Positions 1 to 8,561 of a stretch of DNA of 42,175 nt are shown here, one piece after another (positions within the stretch are counted from its first letter, which is position 1; each line of letters starts with the position of its first letter). Origin of the DNA: a virus; IMG/VR virus record IMGVR_UViG_3300045988_088856, positions 1 to 42,175 of that record; one strand, written 5' to 3'. The notes under the pieces were generated by a model, which ran no database searches, was not told where the DNA came from, and was given only the letters and a program-made list of their open reading frames with translations. The translations under genes and the position numbers were made by a program.

Positions 1-99
1 AACACAATCCTATGGAGTGTATTTTTATGAATGTCCTATTTGTAATGAACCTGTGCATGAGAAAGATAATTTCTGTTGCAAATGTGGACAGAGGTTGAA
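1..99. repeat. Terminal direct repeat, copy 1 (identical to 42077-42175)
   Basis: Exact 99-nt identity was read directly from both ends. It is consistent with the assembly overlap of a circular contig. Confidence 0.95.
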
Positions 100-112
100 A
101 CGGAGGGACTGA
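2..112 (+). CDS. 3' end of the wrap-around zinc-ribbon ORF that starts at 41904
   Basis: The frame is continuous with 41904-42175 across the repeat. It ends ...CPICNEPVHEKDNFCCKCGQRLKRRD, with TGA at 110-112. Confidence 0.6.
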   Translation, partial: TQSYGVYFYECPICNEPVHEKDNFCCKCGQRLKRRD

Positions 113-113
113 C

Positions 114-563
114 ATGAAAGAAATAGAGAAAGCTATTGAAATACTTGATAAGCTCTCGTTCTTCGGCGGTCAGAGAGCCGGAAGAGAGCTGTGGAACGAT
201 AAACCGAGAGAAGTGCAGGATGAAGATATTGCAAACTTTAACCGAGATATCGAATATCTGAAAGACATTATCTGCAAGCACATGAATGACGGCTGGATCC
301 CGGCAAAAGAGAAACCAGCAGAAGACGGATTCTACGCGGCCACCATGAGCGGAGCGCTTGTGGATCAGGAAGAACCGTTCGTGGGGCTCGTAGAATTTGA
401 AGACGGAGAATGGGTTGACGGAGATGATGTTGTCGCCTGGATGCCGCTTCCTGAGCCATACTGTCCGGAGGCAAAGGCACCGGAAAGAAAACAGGAGTGG
501 AAAGAACGAATGCTGCGGAATTTTCTCCGCGGACATGAGTGTGAGAGGAGGGAAGACGTTTGA
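114..563 (+). CDS. Hypothetical phage protein, DUF551-like
   Basis: GGAGGG RBS at 102-107. The motifs DGWIPAKEKP and VVAWMPLPEPY resemble DUF551. Confidence 0.55.
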   Translation: MKEIEKAIEILDKLSFFGGQRAGRELWNDKPREVQDEDIANFNRDIEYLKDIICKHMNDGWIPAKEKPAEDGFYAATMSGALVDQEEPFVGLVEFEDGEWVDGDDVVAWMPLPEPYCPEAKAPERKQEWKERMLRNFLRGHECERREDV

Positions 564-751
564 AAAAGATCAGAGTATTCCCGGCACCGCACGTGGAGTT
601 AAAGCTGCATGTGTCTGACCAGATGCTTAAAGACTATAAAGACTGCGCTTTCAGAAACTGTGAGAACTGCAGTTGGAACGACGTCCGGATCGGCAACACA
701 GCATTGTGCGGGCTGGCCGATGTGCGCCGGCAGTTAAGTCAGGAAAGATAA
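560..751 (+). CDS. Hypothetical Cys-rich small protein
   Basis: TTG start overlaps the upstream stop. The gene sits in a tightly packed same-strand series. Confidence 0.45.
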   Translation: MKKIRVFPAPHVELKLHVSDQMLKDYKDCAFRNCENCSWNDVRIGNTALCGLADVRRQLSQER

Positions 752-1219
752 ATGAGACATCAGGAAGGGAGCGTGATTCCTTTGGGAAAAAAGAGACTCA
801 GGGACATGACCTGGGATGACTACGGAATATCGAAGCATCGGTATCAGGAGCTCAAGGCGTTTTGTCTCCAGTACGATGAGAAGAAATCTAAAATCAGCAG
901 AGGAATAAGCGGTACAGGATATGACGGGATGCCAAAGGGGAATTACAAAGGAAATCCGCTGGAAACGCAGGCAATCCGGAATGTGATGTATCAGAAGGAC
1001 TGCGAGATGATTGAGCAGGCAGCCATGGCGGCATCAGGAGAGATTTATCCGTACATAATCAAAAGCGTGGCTAATGATTTATCTTACCAATTCATAGAAT
1101 ACGATGAAACACTGGGAAGGATACCTGTGGGAATCAATGAGTTTTATGCATACAGAAGATTATTTTACCATTATCTGGACTTATTAAAAATTGGTGACAA
1201 AATCGACCTGCTTTCATGA
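752..1219 (+). CDS. Hypothetical protein, possible late-gene regulator by position upstream of terS
   Basis: The ORF abuts the previous stop. The regulator idea rests on position only, by analogy to RinA/ArpU-type regulators; no motif was recognised with certainty. Confidence 0.4.
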   Translation: MRHQEGSVIPLGKKRLRDMTWDDYGISKHRYQELKAFCLQYDEKKSKISRGISGTGYDGMPKGNYKGNPLETQAIRNVMYQKDCEMIEQAAMAASGEIYPYIIKSVANDLSYQFIEYDETLGRIPVGINEFYAYRRLFYHYLDLLKIGDKIDLLS

Positions 1220-1306
1220 TATTATGATAGCGTGATTTAATTCACAGAGAGCGATGACCAGATACTGGGACATTGAGATTCCTCCCCTTAAAACATTTTT
1301 TTTGAA

Positions 1307-1337
1307 GACACCCCGTAGAAATATGGGGTGTTTTGTT
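1307..1337 (+). terminator. Rho-independent terminator
   Basis: Stem GACACCCC/GGGGTGT with a 10-nt loop, followed by TTTTGTT. Confidence 0.7.
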
Positions 1338-1389
1338 GTGCAGTGTACTATTAATTATTGTATATTTTTACAAAAAAACTCGCTTAGCC

Positions 1390-1417
1390 TTGCATAACTA
1401 TGTCAATGTGATATAAT
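1390..1417 (+). promoter_or_regulatory. Sigma-70-type promoter of the moron gene
   Basis: TTGCAT at 1390-1395, a 16-nt spacer, and TGaTATAAT extended -10 with TATAAT at 1412-1417. Confidence 0.6.
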
Positions 1418-1454
1418 AATATAACTAATTAAAAGAGAAAAGGCGGCGAATAGC

Positions 1455-2261
1455 ATGCTATTAGTTGATAAAGAAATAAAAAGATTATGCAATGACAGAA
1501 AGTTAATAAAGAATGGATATAAAGAAGAAAATGTTAATAGTATATCATATGATTTGACAATAGGTGAGTTTCTAGATTCGGATAAGCAATCTATAGATGT
1601 AATGCCTGGTGAATTTGTTATTATAAAGACGAATGAAGAACTTACAATACCGAATAATCTTACCGGACGTATAGGGGAGAAGAATTCATTGCTTAGGCTA
1701 GGGTTGGTGGTCGATGGTCCACAATATCAACCAGGGCATACAACATATGCCTTCTTGCGTGTTCAAAATATATCTAGTGCGGTTATAACTATAGAAAAAG
1801 GTCTATCAATAGCGCAAATATTTTTTGAAGAATTAAAAGATGAACCAGATATTACATATGACAAACAAGAAAATGCATCTTTTCAAAATGAACGAGAATA
1901 TCGTGGATTTGGAAAATATGAAGCGAAATATACAAAAAATTTAAAATCATTTGAAAAAGTCAAAGATGATATTGAAGGGATATCTAATAAAATATATGCT
2001 AATGTTTTAACATTAATGGGTGTTTTAGTTGCTATCTTCTCTATGCTTTCTATTAATTATCAAGCATTTACAGCCGCTGATTTGTCACCAAATTATGTTA
2101 TGGCTATGAACATATCTTTGGCATTTTGCATAGCCGTTATGATGGGTATGATATTTCTGATTATTAATGGACGAAAAAGCAAAGTGTTTACTATAGTTTA
2201 TATTTTAATTATTATTATGCTTGCATTTTTAGCATGGTTTTTTTCACATAAAATATTTTAA
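1455..2261 (+). CDS. dCTP deaminase/dUTPase-fold domain fused to a C-terminal multi-pass membrane domain (moron)
   Basis: The N-terminal ~150 aa align by eye to Dcd (SYDLTIG, PGEFVIIKTNEELTIPNNLTGRIGEKNSLLRLGL, QPGH..FLRVQN). The C-terminal ~85 aa form three hydrophobic helices. The gene is AT-rich and has its own promoter and terminator. Confidence 0.7.
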   Translation: MLLVDKEIKRLCNDRKLIKNGYKEENVNSISYDLTIGEFLDSDKQSIDVMPGEFVIIKTNEELTIPNNLTGRIGEKNSLLRLGLVVDGPQYQPGHTTYAFLRVQNISSAVITIEKGLSIAQIFFEELKDEPDITYDKQENASFQNEREYRGFGKYEAKYTKNLKSFEKVKDDIEGISNKIYANVLTLMGVLVAIFSMLSINYQAFTAADLSPNYVMAMNISLAFCIAVMMGMIFLIINGRKSKVFTIVYILIIIMLAFLAWFFSHKIF

Positions 2262-2263
2262 CA

Positions 2264-2299
2264 AAAGAGATGGCCGACAACCATCTCTTTTTTCTTTTC
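2264..2299 (+). terminator. Rho-independent terminator
   Basis: Stem AAAGAGATGG/CCATCTCTTT with loop CCGACAA, followed by a T-run. Confidence 0.8.
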
Positions 2300-2328
2300 C
2301 CAAACAAACGATTGAGAGGTGGTGAGGC

Positions 2329-3054
2329 TTGCCGAGAGCACCAGATCCCCGTGTCGAAGAGGCGAAGGAGCTGTTCGACCAGGGAATGAAATTAATTGAT
2401 ATTGCAAAGCGGCTTTCCGTTTCGGAAGGGACAGTCCGAAGCTGGAAGAGTAGATATAAATGGGGCAACGCAACGTTGCAAAAGAAAAAACGCAACGCTG
2501 CGAAACACCGTGGCGGTCAGCCAGGCAATAAGAACGCTGTCGGCCATGGCGCACCAAAAAAGAATAAGAATGCAGAAAAACATGGTTTCTTCTCGAAGTA
2601 TCTTCCGGAAGAGACCATTTCTATTATCCGGGACATTGACGAACAGGACCCGCTGGATATCCTTTGGGGGAATATCCAGATTGCTTATGCTGCCATTGTC
2701 CGGGCACAGCAGATTATGTATGTGCGGGACAAAGAGGATAAGACGATTGAAAAGGTCGAAGAAAAAGATGGAAATGTAATCGGAGAACGCTGGGAAGTAC
2801 AGCAAGCCTGGGACAAGCAGGCAACCTTTCTGAAGGCGCAGGCTAGGGCACAGTCGGAGCTTCGGTCCCTGATTAAGCAATACGATGAGCTGCTACATCG
2901 AAACTGGGATCTGGCCAGCGAGGAGCAGAGAACGCGGATTGAACATCTGCGTGCCAAAACGGAGCAGATTAGGGGCAGTGACCAGAATCCTATTGAGGAT
3001 AAAGTCCGGAAGTTGTTTGATGCCATAGGAGGTGCGTTGGATGAATCTGAATAG
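2329..3054 (+). CDS. terS: Terminase small subunit
   Basis: TTG start after GAGAGGTGGTGAGG. It has an N-terminal HTH (IDIAKRLSVSEGTVRSWKSRYKW) and GNKNAVGHGAPKKNKNAEKHG repeats typical of terS. It lies immediately upstream of terL. Confidence 0.8.
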   Translation: MPRAPDPRVEEAKELFDQGMKLIDIAKRLSVSEGTVRSWKSRYKWGNATLQKKKRNAAKHRGGQPGNKNAVGHGAPKKNKNAEKHGFFSKYLPEETISIIRDIDEQDPLDILWGNIQIAYAAIVRAQQIMYVRDKEDKTIEKVEEKDGNVIGERWEVQQAWDKQATFLKAQARAQSELRSLIKQYDELLHRNWDLASEEQRTRIEHLRAKTEQIRGSDQNPIEDKVRKLFDAIGGALDESE

Positions 3055-4294
3055 CATCTACACACCGAAGCAGATCGAGATTCTGAAGGCCTGCCAAAAT
3101 ACAGACTGGTTCATGTTGATTAATCACGGCGCAAAGCGTTCCGGGAAGACACAGCTGGACAATGACATCTTTCTGCAGGAGCTGATCCGGGTCCGCGGGA
3201 TTGCTGATCAGCTGGGAATTGATATTCCACAGTACATCCTGGCCGGTTATTCGATGGGGAACATCCAGGACAATATCCTCACAGAGCTGTCAAATAAGTA
3301 CGGCTTTGAGTTCAAATTTGACCGGTTCAATAATTTTACGCTGTTCGGAGTGAAGGTGGTGCAGACTTCCCACGGGAATATCAGTGGGCTTGGCCGGATC
3401 CGAGGCATGACATCCTTTGGAGCGTACATCAATGAGGCTTCCTTGGCGAATCAAGAGGTGTTCGATGAGATTAAGGCCAGATGCAGCGGCCCGGGAGCGC
3501 GGATCATTGCGGACACGAACCCGGACCATCCGGAGCATTGGCTCCTGAAAGATTATATCAAGTCTTCAGCAGAAGGGATTTTAAGCTTTCATTTTGCGCT
3601 GACGGATAACACTTTCCTGGATGATAGGTATGTGAAAAATATCAAGGAATCCACCCCTAAGGGGATGTTTTATGACCGCGGTATCCGGGGCTTGTGGGTA
3701 TCTGGTGAGGGTGTGGTCTATCCGGATTTTGACCAGAACGTGCATGTGATCACGCCGGAGCAGGCCAGGAGCATTATATTTGAGCGTGTTCTGGCAGGCG
3801 TAGACTGGGGCTGGGAACATTGGGGAGCCATCGTGGTGATCGGTGTGAGGGCCGGGAGTTATTACGTCATTGAAGAACATGCAGCGCAGCATAAGCATAT
3901 AAACAACTGGATAGCTGTAGCAAAGGATATTATCAGGCGGTATGGTAATATCCCTTTTTATTGCGATCCGGCAAGACCGGAACATGTGGCATCCTTCCAG
4001 GAAGCAGGAATCAATGCCTTCTTGGGAAACAATAGGGTGCTATCCGGCATCGAGGCAGTGGCAACGCTGATGAAAAATCGGCAGTTTTTCATTGTGTATT
4101 CCCGCTGCCCGCGGTTCCGGGATGAAATCTATAAATATATCTGGAAGAAGAATACCGGAGAACCGTTGAAAGAAAATGACGACGTTCTCTGTGCGATCCG
4201 GTACGGCATTTATTCAGATATGACAGTAAATAAAGTGGAACTGCCTGGTCAAAGTCGCATGGAACAGGCGAGGAGATTGAAAGGAATGTTGTAA
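3041..4294 (+). CDS. terL: Terminase large subunit
   Basis: ATG lies 8 nt after AGGAGG. The Walker A motif is GAKRSGKT. Size and position are typical of PBSX/headful-type terL. Confidence 0.9.
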   Translation: MNLNSIYTPKQIEILKACQNTDWFMLINHGAKRSGKTQLDNDIFLQELIRVRGIADQLGIDIPQYILAGYSMGNIQDNILTELSNKYGFEFKFDRFNNFTLFGVKVVQTSHGNISGLGRIRGMTSFGAYINEASLANQEVFDEIKARCSGPGARIIADTNPDHPEHWLLKDYIKSSAEGILSFHFALTDNTFLDDRYVKNIKESTPKGMFYDRGIRGLWVSGEGVVYPDFDQNVHVITPEQARSIIFERVLAGVDWGWEHWGAIVVIGVRAGSYYVIEEHAAQHKHINNWIAVAKDIIRRYGNIPFYCDPARPEHVASFQEAGINAFLGNNRVLSGIEAVATLMKNRQFFIVYSRCPRFRDEIYKYIWKKNTGEPLKENDDVLCAIRYGIYSDMTVNKVELPGQSRMEQARRLKGML

Positions 4295-4296
4295 CT

Positions 4297-5829
4297 ATGG
4301 CGGATGGAATGCTAAAAGTGAATGAATTTGAACACGGCATAGATGGACCGTATAACGTGCATAAGAGCTTCCAGCAGCTCTACGGCCCGGAGACCAACTA
4401 TTCCTACCGGGCGGACAGCGCAGAAGAAATACTGGGAGACTTGGGTAAGCTCCGGGAGATGATATTGGACCATTACCAGACCCAGTGCCCGAGGTTGGCG
4501 GCGCTGGACGATTACATGAAAGCCAGGAATGATGGCATCTATAACGATGACTGCCGGCGGATAGAGAAAGAACGGGCGGACCATCGGGCGGCTCACAATT
4601 TTGCGAAAATTATCAATGTGTTTGATGTTGGATATAATACCGGCGTCCCGATCAAGAAGGTCAGTGATATTGACCAGGTGAATGAGATCATTGCGGAGTA
4701 CGACCGGATTAATGACATTGAGGCGCTGGATAGTGAACTCTGGCGGGATATGAAAAAATACGGCAGGGCCTATGAGCTGCAATATCGGAACGAAAAAGAC
4801 GAGGACCGTTCAGTAATCAGTAACGTATTCGAGACATTTGTCTGCTATGGTACGGACGTGGAGCGAACGCCGCTGTTTGCGGTTCGGTATCCACGCTACC
4901 GTATTGGTACGCAGGAGAGGGTAAAGGTATTTGTTTACACAGATACAGAGGTCATTACATATAAATCCTGCGAGATGGCGGCGCTGAAGCTGGAAGAAGA
5001 GGGCAGGGAACAGCACCAGTGGGGAGAAGTGCCCGTCACAGAATATTCTCCGGACCGGTACCGGATGGGAGGATATGAGGATGTGATCCCGCTGATTGAC
5101 TTATATGATGCAGCGCAGTCTGATACGGCAAATTATATGACAGACCTCAACGAGGCCACCCTAGTCATTACCGGAGACCTGAATCTGCAGAAGTATTCCG
5201 CCAAAGATTTGGCGGAGATGAAAAAGGCAAACTTGTTGTTATTGGCATCCGGAATCAATCCGGATGGAAGCAGAGAACAGACCGATGCTAAGTATGTGTA
5301 CAAGCAGTATGATGTGACCGGCGCCGAAGCTTATAAAGACCGGCTGCAGAAGGATATCCATAAGATTTCCTTTGTACCGGACCTGACAGATGAAGCCTTC
5401 GCCGGCACCCAGTCCGGGGAAGCCATGAAATATAAATTGTTCGGCTTCCAGCAGATTGCAAAGACCGGGCAGCGGGGCTTTAAAAAGGGGCTCATGCGGC
5501 GGTACCGGCTGCTCATGAATATTAAAAACTTCGTCAATGAGGCGGACAACGATGACCTTGGGAATCTTACCATCACCTTTACACCAAATCTACCGAAAGC
5601 TGTCCTGGAGGAACTCAAAACTCTGGTGGACGCCGGCATGGAAGTTAGCCAGGAGACCATGATGGGGCTGGCGTCATTTATCGAAGACATTCAGGCGGAG
5701 ATGGAGCGGATCCAGAAAGAAAAAGAGGAAGAAGAGGCGGATCCGGTGATGGATCAGATGTTTGGAGGTGCGGCAGATGACCAGCCAAGAGTACTGGAAG
5801 AACCGGGAGACGGAACAGAGGAAACATAA
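4297..5829 (+). CDS. Portal protein (SPP1 gp6-like)
   Basis: The protein is 510 aa, lies directly after terL, and has the acidic C-terminus typical of portals. Confidence 0.85.
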   Translation: MADGMLKVNEFEHGIDGPYNVHKSFQQLYGPETNYSYRADSAEEILGDLGKLREMILDHYQTQCPRLAALDDYMKARNDGIYNDDCRRIEKERADHRAAHNFAKIINVFDVGYNTGVPIKKVSDIDQVNEIIAEYDRINDIEALDSELWRDMKKYGRAYELQYRNEKDEDRSVISNVFETFVCYGTDVERTPLFAVRYPRYRIGTQERVKVFVYTDTEVITYKSCEMAALKLEEEGREQHQWGEVPVTEYSPDRYRMGGYEDVIPLIDLYDAAQSDTANYMTDLNEATLVITGDLNLQKYSAKDLAEMKKANLLLLASGINPDGSREQTDAKYVYKQYDVTGAEAYKDRLQKDIHKISFVPDLTDEAFAGTQSGEAMKYKLFGFQQIAKTGQRGFKKGLMRRYRLLMNIKNFVNEADNDDLGNLTITFTPNLPKAVLEELKTLVDAGMEVSQETMMGLASFIEDIQAEMERIQKEKEEEEADPVMDQMFGGAADDQPRVLEEPGDGTEET

Positions 5830-7099
5830 TATCCGAGATGAGAAAGAATATCAGAAACGTATCCGGGAAATCTATCAGAATATGATTGATGAAGTGGATA
5901 AAGAGATCCATGGTTTCTATGGGAAGTATGCCAGCAAGGAAGGCATCACAATTTCCGAGGCCCGGAAGCGTGCAGCCAAGCTGGATATTGAAGCGTATGC
6001 CCGCAAGGCAAAAAAGTACGTCAAAGAGAAGAATTTCTCTGACGAGGCCAATGCAGAGATGCGGCTTTATAACATGGCTATGCGGGTGAACCGGTTGGAG
6101 CTTCTGAAGGCCAATATTGGCCTGGAGATGATTGCCGGATTTGATGAATTACAGAAATTTTTCGACGAAAAGCTGACAGATAGAGCTATGGGTGAATTTG
6201 AGCGCCTGGCGGGTATTCTTGGGAAAACAGTTCAGGACAATGCCAAGGCAGCGCATGCCATTGTAAATGCATCGTTCCACAATGCCACGTTTTCAGACCG
6301 TATCTGGATGTATCAGGACATGTTGAAAGCTGAATTATCCAACCTGCTGCAGACTGGGCTGATCCGGGGGCAGAATCCCCGGAAATTGGCTACCCATCTC
6401 CGGAAGCGGTTCGGGGTCAGCCAGAGTAATGCAGAGCGGCTGATGATCACGGAGCTGGCAAGAGTCCAGACAGAAGCGCAGAAGCAGTCTTTTGAGCGGA
6501 ATGGCTTTGACGAATATACTTTTCTTGCGCTGGGAACTGCCTGCCCGATCTGCAGGGCTCTGGACGGGAAACATTTTGAGATTAGGAAAATGATGCCCGG
6601 AGAGAATGCTCCGCCGATGCATCCCCGCTGCCGCTGCAGCGCCTCAGCCCACATGGATAGCGAAGAATACGAACAGTGGCTGGATGGGTATCAGCAGCAT
6701 GGGCTTTCATTCGATGATTGGAAAAAGCAAAATTCCGTTGCAAAGAAATCTGGCTCTGGTATAATGAAGATGAATTTAAAATATTTTACAAATATACCTG
6801 AAGAGAAATTTACAAAATATGCCTTAAATTATGAGAAGGCACCAGATAAAGCGAAAGCGTTTGAGGCGGCGCTGGGCTATACAAAAGACAATTACCAGGA
6901 TTTGATAGATGACATTGCTGTTCATTTTGACGAGGAAAAACTGGTCGAAAAAGGGGATAACGGCTTTGGCATGAGATATTCTCAGGTAATGAATCTAACG
7001 GGACCAAATGGAAAGACTGCTAAAGTACTAACTGCATGGATTTATGATGAACAAATAAAAGATTTCCGTCTGACATCGGCGTATATTGATAAGAGGTGA
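5777..7099 (+). CDS. Head morphogenesis protein (SPP1 gp7 / Mu F family) with DUF6883-like C-terminal extension
   Basis: ATG lies 8 nt after GGAGG. The MuF motif is ITELARVQTEAQ...CPICRALDGKHF...PPMHPRCRCS. The C-terminal ~110 aa (EEKFTKYALNYEKAPDKAKAFEAALGY...GMRYSQVMNLTGPNGK...LTAWIYD) resemble DUF6883. Confidence 0.8.
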   Translation: MTSQEYWKNRETEQRKHNIRDEKEYQKRIREIYQNMIDEVDKEIHGFYGKYASKEGITISEARKRAAKLDIEAYARKAKKYVKEKNFSDEANAEMRLYNMAMRVNRLELLKANIGLEMIAGFDELQKFFDEKLTDRAMGEFERLAGILGKTVQDNAKAAHAIVNASFHNATFSDRIWMYQDMLKAELSNLLQTGLIRGQNPRKLATHLRKRFGVSQSNAERLMITELARVQTEAQKQSFERNGFDEYTFLALGTACPICRALDGKHFEIRKMMPGENAPPMHPRCRCSASAHMDSEEYEQWLDGYQQHGLSFDDWKKQNSVAKKSGSGIMKMNLKYFTNIPEEKFTKYALNYEKAPDKAKAFEAALGYTKDNYQDLIDDIAVHFDEEKLVEKGDNGFGMRYSQVMNLTGPNGKTAKVLTAWIYDEQIKDFRLTSAYIDKR

Positions 7100-7104
7100 T
7101 GAGG

Positions 7105-7269
7105 TTGAAATTAGAAATGTACGATAAAGTTCTTTTAAAAAGTGGTGAGACAGCATATATTGTGGAAATTTACGATAGCGGAAAAGCCTACGAGATGGAC
7201 ATTGATAAATCAGATGGATCCACAGAGACAGACACGGTATGGCCGGATCAAATTGAGAAAAAGTTATAG
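7105..7269 (+). CDS. Small DUF4926-like protein (54 aa; below the ORF-track length cutoff)
   Basis: TTG at 7105 (or ATG at 7117) follows AGAGGTGA. The peptide is MKLEMYDKVLLKSGETAYIVEIYDSGKAYEMDIDKSDGSTETDTVWPDQIEKKL. A terminator follows. Confidence 0.55.
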   Translation: MKLEMYDKVLLKSGETAYIVEIYDSGKAYEMDIDKSDGSTETDTVWPDQIEKKL

Positions 7270-7304
7270 ATACCACCAGTCAGAAATGGCCGGTGGTATT
7301 TTTA
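7270..7304 (+). terminator. Rho-independent terminator
   Basis: Stem ATACCACC/GGTGGTAT followed by TTTTT. Confidence 0.7.
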
Positions 7305-7336
7305 TACCCATTTTTAAGAAAGGAAAGGTGAATGAT

Positions 7337-7492
7337 ATGGGAGACATGATGAGTTTTCCGGAGACTCCTGAGGAATTTTTGAAAGAGTACTCTTTCAAGG
7401 ATAAGAAAGGGGAATATACAAATGGATCAGAGTTGATTCCTGTATTTAGGGTAGAACAGATGATTGATTATTATTTCAGAGAAAGGCGGTGA
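7337..7492 (+). CDS. Hypothetical small protein (51 aa)
   Basis: ATG follows AAGGAAAGGTG. The upstream part of track ORF 7142-7492 overlaps the terminator, so the shorter start is preferred. Confidence 0.45.
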   Translation: MGDMMSFPETPEEFLKEYSFKDKKGEYTNGSELIPVFRVEQMIDYYFRERR

Positions 7493-7547
7493 TCCAATAA
7501 TCTCCCACCGGCGGGGAATGACCGGAATACAGAAAGGATGTGCAAGA

Positions 7548-7871
7548 TTGAAAGTTTCAATATTAGGAACAGAATATGACATAGACAGAAGACGAGTAGA
7601 AGATGATATATTGCTGGAGAGTAGAGCTGGATATTGTGATAATACAACCAAAAGTATTATTACGTGTATATTGAGACCAGAACTTGGAAGTTCAGTTGAC
7701 GTAGAACCAGAAGCAAAAAGACTGCTCAGACATGAGATTATACATGCTTTTATGTATGAAAGTGGCTTGGACGAAAACAGCAAATGGGGTGCAGATGAGG
7801 AACTCGTTGACTGGATTGCTATTCAGTTTCCGAAAATCTTGAAGGTATTTCAGAAGGCAGGATGCTTATGA
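7548..7871 (+). CDS. Putative zinc metallopeptidase (HExxH)
   Basis: HEIIH motif in RLLRHEIIHAFMYESGL. The start is uncertain: TTG 7548 after AAAGGA, or ATG 7518. Confidence 0.5.
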   Translation: MKVSILGTEYDIDRRRVEDDILLESRAGYCDNTTKSIITCILRPELGSSVDVEPEAKRLLRHEIIHAFMYESGLDENSKWGADEELVDWIAIQFPKILKVFQKAGCL

Positions 7872-8140
7872 AAAAACTGAATATGAACAGTATAATTAAG
7901 GTTAAATTGACTCCTTTTGGGGCGGATATATTTTACCACCAGTACGATGAGTTAAACAAAAAAGTATTAAATGCTGGAGGAAGACCAATACACCCCAGAA
8001 TGCCACAAATAGATAACAAGGGCTTTTCAAAATTCCAGTTGCATCATTTTATTAATTTATATGGCGATTATATGACGGTTGATCAAAAAAACGTTGTTGA
8101 AGATATATCTATATACATTGATGAGGACGATTTGGAGTGA
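7862..8140 (+). CDS. Hypothetical protein
   Basis: The ORF overlaps the upstream stop. ATG at 7862 or 7868. Confidence 0.5.
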   Translation: MLMKKLNMNSIIKVKLTPFGADIFYHQYDELNKKVLNAGGRPIHPRMPQIDNKGFSKFQLHHFINLYGDYMTVDQKNVVEDISIYIDEDDLE

Positions 8141-8173
8141 AATGATACAGAAAAATTGGAAGGAGTGGTGTGA

Positions 8174-8461
8174 TTGATTGCGGTACGTGTCCAGGAGGAC
8201 GGAATAACAGTGTCCGGCCATGCGGGATTTGCAGGAGTCGGAAAAGATATTATCTGCGCAGGAGTAACGGCACTGACTCAGACACTGATCAAGTCACTGA
8301 ATGACTTGACAGAAGATAAAATTGAATATGAAATGTCGCCCGGAAGGGCTGATATAAAATACAGGGATCTGTCAGAAGCAGGAAAGCTTCTGGTGGATTC
8401 CTTTTTCATTGGCATTTGTTTAATTGCCGATGAATTTCCGGATTATGTCCGGATAGAGTGA
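8174..8461 (+). CDS. prp: Prp-family cysteine protease (ribosomal-processing protease homologue)
   Basis: SGHAGFAGVGKDIICAGVTAL carries the His/Cys dyad pattern of Prp/YsxB. The gene lies just upstream of scaffold and capsid, which both carry LQLFA motifs. Confidence 0.75.
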   Translation: MIAVRVQEDGITVSGHAGFAGVGKDIICAGVTALTQTLIKSLNDLTEDKIEYEMSPGRADIKYRDLSEAGKLLVDSFFIGICLIADEFPDYVRIE

Positions 8462-8561
8462 CCAGGCGTGAGTGTCAGTAAACCTTACGGATATGGCAGG
8501 CGTGGAACCATTTAAAGCTACGGCAGATAGGCGTGAAATCTTAAAAATACGGAGGTAGAAC

